Below, piece by piece: positions 1 through 8,536 of a stretch of 32,000 nucleotides of DNA. The position numbers and the translations under genes are program-made. The notes beneath the pieces were generated by a model that saw only the letters and a list, made by a program, of their open reading frames with translations, ran no database searches and was not told the DNA's origin. Source of the stretch: Vibrio cholerae ATCC 14035 (GTDB lineage: Bacteria; Pseudomonadota; Gammaproteobacteria; Enterobacterales; Vibrionaceae); assembly GCF_000621645.1 (NCBI RefSeq), contig NZ_JHXR01000009.1:120001-152000 (forward strand), given 5' to 3'. Position 1 is the first letter of the stretch. Every line of letters starts with the position of its first letter.

Positions 1-245
1 TAGTCTTTATGTTCTAACAACTCCCCGTTGACGCGGATCTCGCCACCGGTCGGTGCAACCATCCCCGCTAACATGCGAGCGAGGGTAGATTTTCCTGAGC
101 CATTTTGACCAATAAAACCAATGGTTTGTCCTGCTTCAAGAGTAAAGCTGACTGGCTTTACCGCATGTTGGATCTGTTTGCGTAAAAAGCCTGAGCGAGT
201 GACAAAGTCTTTGTGCAGATTGGTGACTTCTAACAGCGCACTCAT
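1..245 (-). CDS. sapF: SapF-like ABC transporter ATP-binding subunit; 5' part only, gene runs off the window start
   Basis: Manual minus-strand translation from the ATG at 245-243 gives [81 protein letters not shown], with Walker [10 protein letters not shown]. The start makes an ATGA overlap with the sapD stop (242-244). It closely resembles the remembered E. coli SapF N-terminus. It is absent from the ORF track because it is truncated. Confidence 0.85.
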   Translation of the reverse strand, partial: MSALLEVTNLHKDFVTRSGFLRKQIQHAVKPVSFTLEAGQTIGFIGQNGSGKSTLARMLAGMVAPTGGEIRVNGELLEHKD

Positions 246-1237
246 TGTGGCGACTCCATGTTGAGCGGGAAATGGCAAGAAAATTTATGGTTTTTTACCC
301 AGCGTGAATGAGGGACTTCAACACACTGACGCTGAGCGTAAGGGCAACGTGGCCCTAAGCGGCAGCCAATCGGTAAGTGTTGCAGTGGCGGAATTGAGCC
401 GGGGAGAGATTGTAATTTCTGTTTGTGCGGGATCCAGTCACTAAAATCTGGCATGGCTTTCAGCAGCGCTGCGGTGTACGGGTGCTTTGGCTCTGCCACA
501 ATTTTTGCAGTTTCCGCAGATTCCACCGATTGCCCGCAATACATGACGGTAATGCGATCCGCCCACTGAGTAATGGTGGTTAAGTCATGGCCGATGAGCA
601 GGATCGAGGTGTTATTAACCTGATTCATGCGACTCAGCAAACGCAAAATTTGCGATTGAGTGATGGGGTCCACGTCGTTGGTGGGTTCATCTGCGATCAG
701 CAATTTCGGTTTAGCGGCAATGGCCATCGCAATCATCACTTTCTGACACTCGCCATCCGTCAGCTCATAAGGGTAGCTAGACATGATGTCTTTGTGATCT
801 TTGATGCCGACTTTGTGCAGCAAAGCAATCGCCTGCTTTTTCCGCCATGTGAAACGCTCCCACCAGCGTCCTTCGAAGGTGTGAAATGGGATGGACTCAA
901 TCAGTTGTCGTCCAACCTCTTCAGATGGATCAAGACAGGTGGAAGGCTCTTGGAAAATCATTGCCACATCGCGTGCGATCACGCGTCTGCGTTCACGCGG
1001 GGTGAGCTGCAACAAATCAATATTGCCAAGACGCATACGGTCAGCCGTGACGCGCCAGTTTTCTTTACAGATACCGACAATCGCTTTCGCAACCAAGCTC
1101 TTACCTGAGCCTGATTCACCCACTAAGCCACGAATTTCCCCTTCATTCATGGTCAAGCTCATACGATCAACCGCTTTCACAAGGCCTTGTGGAGTATCAA
1201 TCTCAATCGTCAAGTGACGAATATCAAGTAACGGCAT
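242..1237 (-). CDS. sapD: SapD-like ABC transporter ATP-binding subunit (Dpp/Opp-type, with C-terminal oligopeptide ABC extension)
   Basis: 331-aa ORF with Walker A GESGSGKS, signature LTDGECQKV and Walker B LLIADEPT. It is the fourth gene of a colinear sapABCDF arrangement and is start/stop coupled to both neighbours. Confidence 0.9.
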   Translation of the reverse strand: MPLLDIRHLTIEIDTPQGLVKAVDRMSLTMNEGEIRGLVGESGSGKSLVAKAIVGICKENWRVTADRMRLGNIDLLQLTPRERRRVIARDVAMIFQEPSTCLDPSEEVGRQLIESIPFHTFEGRWWERFTWRKKQAIALLHKVGIKDHKDIMSSYPYELTDGECQKVMIAMAIAAKPKLLIADEPTNDVDPITQSQILRLLSRMNQVNNTSILLIGHDLTTITQWADRITVMYCGQSVESAETAKIVAEPKHPYTAALLKAMPDFSDWIPHKQKLQSLPGSIPPLQHLPIGCRLGPRCPYAQRQCVEVPHSRWVKNHKFSCHFPLNMESPQ

Positions 1238-2124
1238 TATTCGACTCCCGCATTGAGGGCTTGGCGTGCACCATCGCCGACCAAGTTAATCACTACCACC
1301 GTAAACATAATGGCTAAGCCGGGGAGAGTCACTGTCCAAGGGGCAATATAGATGAGCTCGACTGAATCACCGAGCATCGCTCCCCACTCTGTACTGGGCG
1401 ATTGAGCACCAAGCCCTAAAAATCCGAGCGCGGTGATATCCAGAATCGCAATCGAGAGTGCCATGGTAATTTCCGCTACGATAATGGGCAGAATATTAGG
1501 GAAAATGGAATGCCAGAGCAGATAAAATTCATTTGCACCATCTAGACGGGCAGCCATGACATAATCTTTTTCCACTTCATTGTGTACCGCAACATACACG
1601 GAGCGAATAAAGCGCGGGATCAGTGCCAGACCAATCGCCAGTAAAATGTTGAACTCACCGGCACCCAAAAAAGCCACAAAAATGATCGCCAATAGCAGTG
1701 AGGGGATAGACATCACCGTATCGAGAATATGGTTTAAGGTACTAGAAAGCAGTCCTTTGGTCATGCCAGCCAGTGCACCAATGGTTCCACCGACTAGGGT
1801 TGCAATCAGTGTAATCAGGACGGCAGCACCTATGCTAAACAGCGAACCATCAATCAGGTGAGACAAGATATCTCGCCCCAGATCATCGGTGCCAAGGAAA
1901 TAATCAACGGTACCTTCGGGCTCCCAAGAAGGGGGCAGGAGCAATACGCTGGAGTGCATTTGCGGGTCGTAAGGTGCAATCCAAGGCGACAAAATGGTCA
2001 CCAATGCAATAAACAGCAAAGACCACAAGCCAAACATGGCGAGATTATTCGCGCGAAAGCTTCGCCAGAAACGCTCAAACTGGGTTGGAATATGTTCTTC
2101 TTGATAAATACTATCGCTTAACAT
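1237..2124 (-). CDS. sapC: SapC-like ABC transporter permease (DppC/OppC family)
   Basis: 295-aa polytopic ORF with a typical binding-protein-dependent permease core (EAA-like region ...[21 protein letters not shown]...). It overlaps sapB and sapD at its ends. Confidence 0.88.
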   Translation of the reverse strand: MLSDSIYQEEHIPTQFERFWRSFRANNLAMFGLWSLLFIALVTILSPWIAPYDPQMHSSVLLLPPSWEPEGTVDYFLGTDDLGRDILSHLIDGSLFSIGAAVLITLIATLVGGTIGALAGMTKGLLSSTLNHILDTVMSIPSLLLAIIFVAFLGAGEFNILLAIGLALIPRFIRSVYVAVHNEVEKDYVMAARLDGANEFYLLWHSIFPNILPIIVAEITMALSIAILDITALGFLGLGAQSPSTEWGAMLGDSVELIYIAPWTVTLPGLAIMFTVVVINLVGDGARQALNAGVE

Positions 2125-3073
2125 ACCACTCTTTCCTTACCAAGGGGTTAGCTGCTGCGCCAATCAAATCAGAGAGGATATTGGCCGTTAGGACCAGAGT
2201 ACCGACAACGATAACGCCTGCTTGAATCGACATGAAATCACGGTTGGCCAATGCATCCAATAACCAACGGCCGATACCCGGCCAGTTAAAGATCGATTCA
2301 GTAATAATGGCTAAGGTCAGCATGCTGGAAAGTTGAACGCCAAATTTCGGGATCATCGGTGGAATCGCATTGCGTAAAACGTGCTGAGTGACGATTTGAT
2401 AGTTAGACAAGCCTTTAATTTTGGCGGCACGGATGTAGTTTTGGTTCATGACTTCGGCAACCGAAGCGCGCATTTGGCCGATGACTTGCGTGGTCGGCGC
2501 CAGCGCCAGCACTAAGCAGGGCAGCGTTAAATGCTCTATCACACTTTGCAGTGCTTGGCTGCGGTAGGGGGATTGAGACCAAAAGGCATCAATCAGGGCA
2601 AAGCCGGTAACGTGATCAATTTGATACAGCAAGTCATAGCGTCCCGCCACAGGAAATACCGGGAAATGCAGTGAAAACGCCATGATCATCATCAGCGCCA
2701 GCCAGAAAATAGGGGCAGAATATCCCGACATCGAAATGAACGAGATAATAGTGTCTAACCATTTCCCTTGTCGCATTCCCGCCAGTGTTCCGATAGGAAT
2801 TCCTACGAGCAAAGAGAGGATAAACGCGATGGTACACAGCTCAATGGTAGCCGGAAATACCACCAGTAACTCATGGATAATCGGCACCCCATTTTTATTG
2901 AGGCCAAAGTTGAATTCCATCAGTTGCACTAAATAGCTTGACCATCCTTGCCAAAAGCCGATCAGCGTCCAAGGCGAGTGCGGGTCAAATCTGGCTAAGC
3001 TGTAGCCGACCATGGTCAAGATAAGCAAGGTGATGATAAATAAGTTAAATTTACGGACCGTATAGACGAACAT
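2111..3073 (-). CDS. sapB: SapB-like ABC transporter permease (DppB/OppB family)
   Basis: 320-aa polytopic ORF with a DppB-like C-terminal permease domain (...YIRAAKIKGLSNYQIVTQHVLRNA...). Its start abuts the sapA stop at 3073. Confidence 0.88.
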   Translation of the reverse strand: MFVYTVRKFNLFIITLLILTMVGYSLARFDPHSPWTLIGFWQGWSSYLVQLMEFNFGLNKNGVPIIHELLVVFPATIELCTIAFILSLLVGIPIGTLAGMRQGKWLDTIISFISMSGYSAPIFWLALMMIMAFSLHFPVFPVAGRYDLLYQIDHVTGFALIDAFWSQSPYRSQALQSVIEHLTLPCLVLALAPTTQVIGQMRASVAEVMNQNYIRAAKIKGLSNYQIVTQHVLRNAIPPMIPKFGVQLSSMLTLAIITESIFNWPGIGRWLLDALANRDFMSIQAGVIVVGTLVLTANILSDLIGAAANPLVRKEWYVKR

Positions 3074-4695
3074 TACTCGGCCACCCTCTCGACAGTATTA
3101 AACGGTTGGACATTAAATGGACTAATGCGAATGCCCGTTAATGATTTGCTATAAGCGGTAAACTGTATGCCGTGGGCGAGAGGAATCACCGGAAACTCCT
3201 GATTGAGGATATTTTGCGCCTGATGATACAGATTGAGGCGATAGCGCGGTTTATTGGCTTCTAGCGCCAAGTCCAACAGAAAATCAAAATCACTGTCGCA
3301 CCACATGGAGACGTTGAGACCTGCACGGTTGGAATCACAAGAGAGTAAAGGGCGTAAGAAGTTATCCGGGTCACCCGTATCTCCCGTCCAACCACTTAAG
3401 TACAGGTCAATATTGTTGCGTATACTCAGCTCTTGGCGCTCTGAGCGATCTTCACTGATGAGGCGTAATGTCACCCCAATGTCGGCGAGATTCGCTTGGA
3501 TCAGCTCTGCCGTTTTGCGCGGGCTAGGATTGTACGCTTTCGGCTCTACAGGCACTGACATGGTCAGCTCCAGACCCGTTGCAAATCCAGCCTCACGCAG
3601 CAAAGCTTGCGCGTAGTTACGATCGTAGCGAATCTGCGCAGTATCTTGCTGATAGGCCCAAGAGGTGGGGGGCAAGATGGTAAAAGCAATGCTTCCGGTG
3701 CCGTAATAGACAGAATCTAAGATATTTTGTCGATTAATCGCGAAATTGAGTGCTTTACGCACGCGATTGTCATTTAACGCAGGATGTTGAGTGTTCACCG
3801 CGATAAAGGCCACATTCATCGCAGGTGTGGTTTGCAGCACAATATCTGGGTTCTTTTCAATCGCGGGCAGCTGGCTGGAAATCGGTGCATTGAGCACATC
3901 ACATTCATTGCGCAGCAATTTGGCCAGCATGCCAGTCCCACGTTGTGAAATATCAAACACCACTTGCTCGACTTTTGCCGCACCTTCCCAATATTGGGGG
4001 TGACGTTTCAAACGAATTAAATCGCGCGGATGGTATTCGGCAAGGTAAAAAGGCCCAGTACCCAGAGGAAGGTTATCCAGCTTCTCTTTTTCATCATCAA
4101 TGATGAGCTGATTGGCGTATTCCAACGACAGAATCACCGCGTGGCTAGTGGCGATGTTGGATAAAAAACTGTTATCAGGCCGGCTAAGGACAAACTTTAC
4201 GGTTAAGTCATCGAGCGCGCTGACATCAACCAATAGATTCTGAAAATCAATGCCTTTAAACCACGGATATTCGGTTTGGCCCATTTTGTGGTAAGGATTG
4301 GTCGGGTCAATAATGCGTCGAAAACTGAACACGACGTCATCGGCATTGAGTGGACGTGTCGGGCCAAACCAAGGAGTGGTTTGAAACGCGACATCGGGAC
4401 GCAGCTTAAACACATACTCAAGTCCGGTGCTATTAACGGTCCAGCTACTGGCTAAACTGGCAACGGGTAAGTGTGTTTCGGGGTCTATCGTCAGCAAGGT
4501 GTTGTAGAGCTGCGGACCGAGTGCATCAGTGGTGATATCGTTATCCGCTAACTGCGGATTAAAGGTGCTCGGCGCACTTTCACCACAGTAGACAAAGCCG
4601 CTACTGCGGATCTTACTGTGGTCGATGTTTTCTCCACAGCCTGCCAGCAGAGTCATGCTGCACAGCCCTAGCGTAAATCGTAATAATGCATTCAT
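3073..4695 (-). CDS. sapA: SapA-like family-5 periplasmic substrate-binding protein, predicted lipoprotein
   Basis: 540-aa ORF of SBP family 5 (Dpp/Opp-like) length and composition. It is the first gene of the sap operon. The N-terminus MNALLRFTLGLCSMTLLAGCGEN carries a lipobox (LLAG-C). Confidence 0.88.
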   Translation of the reverse strand: MNALLRFTLGLCSMTLLAGCGENIDHSKIRSSGFVYCGESAPSTFNPQLADNDITTDALGPQLYNTLLTIDPETHLPVASLASSWTVNSTGLEYVFKLRPDVAFQTTPWFGPTRPLNADDVVFSFRRIIDPTNPYHKMGQTEYPWFKGIDFQNLLVDVSALDDLTVKFVLSRPDNSFLSNIATSHAVILSLEYANQLIIDDEKEKLDNLPLGTGPFYLAEYHPRDLIRLKRHPQYWEGAAKVEQVVFDISQRGTGMLAKLLRNECDVLNAPISSQLPAIEKNPDIVLQTTPAMNVAFIAVNTQHPALNDNRVRKALNFAINRQNILDSVYYGTGSIAFTILPPTSWAYQQDTAQIRYDRNYAQALLREAGFATGLELTMSVPVEPKAYNPSPRKTAELIQANLADIGVTLRLISEDRSERQELSIRNNIDLYLSGWTGDTGDPDNFLRPLLSCDSNRAGLNVSMWCDSDFDFLLDLALEANKPRYRLNLYHQAQNILNQEFPVIPLAHGIQFTAYSKSLTGIRISPFNVQPFNTVERVAE

Positions 4696-4808
4696 AGTGA
4701 TCTGAGTCAGTCACGAGGCGTTGGCCAGAGTCTGGCAAGCCTCAAAATCCCGCTAATTTACCATTGTTTTTCGAACGAAACCAAGTGAAAAGGCGCATTT
4801 ACCGCATA

Positions 4809-5825
4809 TCACTCAACGTGAGGTGAGGCGTTTTCACTGTTCATTTGTGGGTACTTTCTCATCATGCCTCGAAATTGATGATAGCTGAGTCCCAGCAACT
4901 GCGCGGCGTGCTTTTGATTAAATTTCGCTTGCGTGAGTGCCGCTTGTAACAACTCAATATCACACTGTTGCTGCCATGCCTTGTAGTCAAGAGGCAAATG
5001 GAAGTCGGTACGAGTGGTATGGCGAACGTCCACCTGCTCAGATACGTCGGTGACAATGTCACTAGATTGGAACGGGTTAAAGACTAACTGTTCAATTGGT
5101 TGGCTATTCAACCCATGTTGATACACCGCGCGCTCCACCACGTTTTTCAGCTCACGCACATTGCCCGGCCAAGAGTAGGCTTGCAGTTGGTGTAATGCAT
5201 TGGGGCTAAAGCCAACAAAGAGTGGCACTTGTAGTTCACGGCACATGCGAATAGCAAAATGTTCGGCAAGCAGCGCAATATCTTCTGGTCGATGGCGAAG
5301 TGCGGGCAAATGAATCACGTCAAACGCCAGTCGGTCCAGTAAGTCTGCGCGAAATGTGCCTTGCTGAGCCATTTGCGGTAAATTCGCGTTGGTTGCACAT
5401 ACCAAGCGCACATTCGCGTTTAATACTTGGTTGCCACCGACACGTTCATATTGGCCGTATTCGATCACGCGTAGCAGTTTTTCTTGCACTGAGAGTGGTG
5501 CAGTGGCCAATTCATCTAAAAACAGCGTACCGCCTTCGGCACGTTCAAAACGTCCTTGATGGCGTCCTTTGGCTCCAGTAAACGAGCCTGATTCATGGCC
5601 AAACAGCTCTGAATCGATCAGCCCTTCACTGAGCGTTGAGCAGTTTAGCGACACCAGCGGTTGTTCCCAACGTTTTGATAAATAGTGCAAGCGCTGGGCG
5701 ATCAACTCTTTACCCGTTCCGCGCTCGCCAATGATCAGCACAGGACGATCGATCGGCGCCAAACGTGAGACTTTGTCTAACACCGCTAAAAACGCAGGTG
5801 ACTCTCCGAGCAAGCTCTGTTGCAT
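4809..5825 (-). CDS. pspF: PspF, sigma-54-dependent activator of the phage-shock operon (AAA+ domain plus C-terminal HTH, no receiver domain)
   Basis: 338-aa ORF that aligns along its length with the remembered E. coli PspF (LIIGERGTGKELIA, ESELFGHE, GSFTGA loop, RADLLDRLAFDV, WPGNVRELKNVVER). It is divergent from pspA. Confidence 0.93.
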   Translation of the reverse strand: MQQSLLGESPAFLAVLDKVSRLAPIDRPVLIIGERGTGKELIAQRLHYLSKRWEQPLVSLNCSTLSEGLIDSELFGHESGSFTGAKGRHQGRFERAEGGTLFLDELATAPLSVQEKLLRVIEYGQYERVGGNQVLNANVRLVCATNANLPQMAQQGTFRADLLDRLAFDVIHLPALRHRPEDIALLAEHFAIRMCRELQVPLFVGFSPNALHQLQAYSWPGNVRELKNVVERAVYQHGLNSQPIEQLVFNPFQSSDIVTDVSEQVDVRHTTRTDFHLPLDYKAWQQQCDIELLQAALTQAKFNQKHAAQLLGLSYHQFRGMMRKYPQMNSENASPHVE

Positions 5826-5845
5826 CCTCTATTTCCTCAAAGTGG

Positions 5846-5874
5846 TGAAATTGACCAACTGTTGGTGAATTTCA
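5846..5874. promoter_or_regulatory. 29-bp near-perfect palindrome; candidate PspF upstream activating sequence that overlaps the pspF promoter region
   Basis: TGAAATTGACCAAC-T-GTTGGTGAATTTCA has 13 of 14 symmetric positions. It is centred about 105 bp upstream of the predicted sigma-54 transcription start, which is the position where enhancer sites lie in E. coli psp. Confidence 0.5.
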
Positions 5875-5909
5875 TCATAGCATGCTGAGTGAAAAAGTCG
5901 GTATATTTG

Positions 5910-5922
5910 TAATTGTTTGAAA
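5910..5922 (-). promoter_or_regulatory. IHF-like site between the palindrome and the sigma-54 promoter
   Basis: The minus strand reads TTTCAAACAATTA against the IHF core WATCAANNNNTTR, with one mismatch. It lies in an AT-rich stretch centred about -50 from the predicted start, as expected for DNA looping at psp promoters. Confidence 0.3.
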
Positions 5923-5939
5923 AGTATGGGTTTAAAAGT

Positions 5940-5955
5940 TGGCACGTAATTTGGA
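5940..5955 (+). promoter_or_regulatory. Sigma-54 (-24/-12) promoter of pspABC
   Basis: TGGCAC-GTAAT-TTGGA has a perfect -24 TGGCAC element and correct spacing to a TTG-type -12 element. The -12 GC is degenerate, which I recall is also true of the E. coli pspA promoter. It sits 80 bp upstream of the pspA ATG and next to the cognate activator pspF. Confidence 0.7.
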
Positions 5956-6034
5956 TTTATCTTTGCAACCAACGCACAGCATGGGGCTGCAGCGGTAATC
6001 TCAGTGTTTGGCACTGAAGGATAGGAGAAACGTC

Positions 6035-6703
6035 ATGGGTATTTTTTCTCGTTTTGCAGACATCGTAAATTCCAACATCAGCGCGCTACTGGATAAAGCA
6101 GAAGATCCAGAAAAAATGATCCGCCTGATTATTCAGGAGATGGAAGATACGTTAGTGGAAGTGCGTACCAATTCAGCCAAAGCAATGGCAGATAAAAAAG
6201 AGCTGGCGCGTAAAGTGAGGTCGATTGAACAGCAGTTAGAGGATTGGCAGAACAAAGCGACGCTGGCGCTGACTAAACAACGTGAAGATTTGGCGCGCGC
6301 GGCACTGATCGAGAAGCAGAAACTGCAACATGTACTGAAAGGCTTGCACACAGAGCAGACGCTTGTCGAAGAAACCATTGAAAAGCTGACAGGCGAAATT
6401 GGTAAGCTCGAAACCAAAATCACTGAAACCCGTGCGAAACAGCAAGCGTTAGCGATTCGTAGCCAAGCGGCGAGTCATCGTCGCGATGTGCAGCGTCATT
6501 TGCACGCGGGTCGTAGCGAAGAAGCGATGGCAAAGTTTGAGCAGTTCTCGCGTAAAGTCGATGAGCTGGAAGCGGAAGCCGATCTTTATGCACAATCAGG
6601 CCAAGCGCGCTCTTTGGAGCAAGAATTTGCTGAGCTACAAGCACAAGATGAGATTGAAAAAGAGCTCAACAAGCTTAAAGATCAGATGAAATCAGACCAA
6701 TAA
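6035..6703 (+). CDS. pspA: Phage shock protein A (PspA/IM30 family coiled-coil protein)
   Basis: The ORF track starts at 6008, but the ATG at 6035 follows a good SD (AGGAGA) and gives MGIFSRFADIVNSNISALLDKAEDPEKMIRLIIQEMEDTL, the canonical PspA N-terminus. Confidence 0.93.
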   Translation: MGIFSRFADIVNSNISALLDKAEDPEKMIRLIIQEMEDTLVEVRTNSAKAMADKKELARKVRSIEQQLEDWQNKATLALTKQREDLARAALIEKQKLQHVLKGLHTEQTLVEETIEKLTGEIGKLETKITETRAKQQALAIRSQAASHRRDVQRHLHAGRSEEAMAKFEQFSRKVDELEAEADLYAQSGQARSLEQEFAELQAQDEIEKELNKLKDQMKSDQ

Positions 6704-6716
6704 TTGGGAGTAGACT

Positions 6717-6950
6717 ATGTCCTCATTTTTTATCGCTGTGCCATTGATCGTTTTTTGTATCTTTGTTGCACCGCTGTGGCTGATCCTCCACTACCGGAGT
6801 AAACGCAAAACCGGGGATGGTCTATCGGATGAGGAGCTGCAACTTCTGCGCACCCTGTCGGATAAGGCAAATCGCTTGCAAGACCGCGTGGAAACCTTAG
6901 AGCGGATCTTGGACGATGAAACCCCAAACTGGAGAAATCGCTATGAGTAA
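6717..6950 (+). CDS. pspB: Phage shock protein B
   Basis: 77 aa with a single N-terminal TM segment followed by a leucine-rich helix (LQLLRTLSDKANRLQDRVETLERILD). Its position between pspA and pspC fits pspB. Confidence 0.88.
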   Translation: MSSFFIAVPLIVFCIFVAPLWLILHYRSKRKTGDGLSDEELQLLRTLSDKANRLQDRVETLERILDDETPNWRNRYE

Positions 6951-7332
6951 ACGCGAGCTGTACCGCGACCCATATAACGGCAAAATAGCGGGGGTTTGTG
7001 CAGGGTTAGCGAATTACTTCGGCCTAGAGGTTTGGCTGGTGCGAATTTTAGTGATCACCGCCGCCTTGCTGGGTGGGACGTTTTTAGTGCTGGTTGCTTA
7101 TGTGGCAATGGCTCTGATGCTGGAGAAGCTACCGAAGCAGTACCGCGAAGATATTCGTAGTCAGCAAGCGCATACGCTGAAAAGCAAACCTTGGGCACAA
7201 GGGCAAGCACCAAAAGAGCTGTTGCACACGCTAGATCGCGATCTCAGCCAAGTCGAGAGTCGAATTCGTGGTGTGGAGGCGTATGTCACCTCCGAAGCGT
7301 TTAAGGTCAACCGCGAGTTTCGCAAGCTCTAG
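6943..7332 (+). CDS. pspC: Phage shock protein C
   Basis: The ATG at 6943 is preceded by GGAG and overlaps the pspB stop. It has the PspC domain signature LYRDPYNGKIAGVCAGLANYFG followed by a TM helix. The ORF-track start at 6916 is probably an upstream extension. Confidence 0.88.
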   Translation: MSKRELYRDPYNGKIAGVCAGLANYFGLEVWLVRILVITAALLGGTFLVLVAYVAMALMLEKLPKQYREDIRSQQAHTLKSKPWAQGQAPKELLHTLDRDLSQVESRIRGVEAYVTSEAFKVNREFRKL

Positions 7333-7384
7333 CCGCCAGCGCCAATTACAAATCGTAGTGAATAGATAGGCGCGAGTTATTATT

Positions 7385-7405
7385 GAGCGGTATGAAATGC
7401 CGCTC
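7385..7405 (+). terminator. Possible intrinsic terminator after pspC
   Basis: GAGCGGTA-TGAAA-TGCCGCTC is an 8-bp stem including one G-U pair. It is followed by TCACTTTCGC, a weak U-tract. Confidence 0.4.
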
Positions 7406-7503
7406 TCACTTTCGCTAATATTTGGTTAAAAATCGATGGCGCGAGTGGAGTTAACGCACTGATTCACCTATGTTTGAGCTATGTCTAAGCATAGGTAATT
7501 GGT

Positions 7504-8535
7504 ATGAACAAAACCCTTTTGGCCTTTTCCATCTGCTCCACTTTGCTGGTGGGGTGTGGAAAAGAGCTTCCTCCCGTGCCTGAGCCCGATTCGCGGCCAG
7601 CTAAATTGACGACTGTGTCCGTAGGTAACAACACCTTTTCTCGCCAATTTCCAGCCACTACGGCGGCTGGCGATCGCGCGGTGCTCGCTTTCCGTGTACC
7701 CGGACAACTACAAACCATTGATGTTTTAGCCGGACAAGAGGTGAAGAAAGGTGAGGTACTTGCCAGACTCAACCCTGACGAATATGCGTTGTTAGAACAG
7801 CAAGCCAACGCCAATTTTCAATTAGCCGATGTGCAATTTCAGCGGGCACAGCGATTACGCCAAGACAAAGTCGTGTCCGAGCAGGATTTCGACCAAGCTC
7901 AAGCCAATCACAATTCCGCGAAAGCCACCTGGGAACAAGCCAAAGCCAATCTGCGTTATACCCAATTGATCGCCCCTTATGATGGCACCATTTCGCTGAT
8001 CCCAGCAGAGCAGTATGAGTATGTCGCAGCCAAGCAAGGGGTGATGAATATTCAAACCAATCAACTGCTCAAAGTGCAGTTTCTCCTTCCCGATCATTTG
8101 CTTAATCGCTTTTCTCGTGACGGTGTAGAAGCGCATATGGTGTTTGACTCGTTCCCTAACCGCCAATATCCGCTGCAATTTCAAGAGATAGATACCGAGG
8201 CCGATTCCAAAACCCGCTCCTATAAAGTGACTATGGTGATGGAAAGACCCAATGATGTCGGCATTTTGCCGGGTATGGCGGGACGTGTAAGCCTCATGGC
8301 TCCGAGTGGTAGCGCGACGGTGATCCCCACTTCTGCATTGTTTGCAGAGCAAGGGGGAAAATACGTATGGCGAGTCGATGAAGCGGGGCTGGTCAGTAAA
8401 GCTGCGGTCACTTTGAATGATCAACGCCAAGTGCTTACAGGTTTAAATGATGGTGACCGGATCATTATTTCCGGTGTCAGTGGTGTGACCGAGGGCATAA
8501 AAGTGCGTGAATGGGTCAAGGAGCGAGGACTGTAG
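7504..8535 (+). CDS. vexI: RND efflux membrane-fusion protein 1 (HlyD/AcrA family lipoprotein)
   Basis: 343 aa with lipoprotein signal MNKTLLAFSICSTLLVGC, followed by biotinyl-lipoyl and coiled-coil segments (GQEVKKGEVLARLNPDEY..., YTQLIAPYDGTI). The symbol is assigned from the two-MFP plus RND architecture that I recall for V. cholerae vexIJK. Confidence 0.8.
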   Translation: MNKTLLAFSICSTLLVGCGKELPPVPEPDSRPAKLTTVSVGNNTFSRQFPATTAAGDRAVLAFRVPGQLQTIDVLAGQEVKKGEVLARLNPDEYALLEQQANANFQLADVQFQRAQRLRQDKVVSEQDFDQAQANHNSAKATWEQAKANLRYTQLIAPYDGTISLIPAEQYEYVAAKQGVMNIQTNQLLKVQFLLPDHLLNRFSRDGVEAHMVFDSFPNRQYPLQFQEIDTEADSKTRSYKVTMVMERPNDVGILPGMAGRVSLMAPSGSATVIPTSALFAEQGGKYVWRVDEAGLVSKAAVTLNDQRQVLTGLNDGDRIIISGVSGVTEGIKVREWVKERGL

Positions 8536-8536
8536 G

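Noticed and set aside
587-1217. Plus-strand ORFs of 173 and 108 aa inside sapD, and similar antisense ORFs elsewhere (for example 7855-8430, 10583-11089, 17456-17899, 24718-25131 and 30241-30666)
   Set aside because: They lie entirely within, and opposite to, long ORFs that have strong family signatures. Their compositions are low-complexity or Arg/Ser-rich, they have no SD, and they are typical shadow ORFs.
4715-4743. An imperfect hairpin (GAGGC...GCCTC) between the pspF stop and the sapA start
   Set aside because: The stem has bulges and the T-run lies on the wrong side for a minus-strand terminator. It may be a sapA 5'-UTR structure, but the evidence is too weak to call.
6009-6014. A second TGGCAC motif just upstream of pspA
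   Set aside because: It is followed by TGAAGGATAG, with no TTGC-like -12 element at the right spacing. It sits only about 20 nt from the ATG and overlaps the SD region. The 5940-5955 site is the better sigma-54 promoter.
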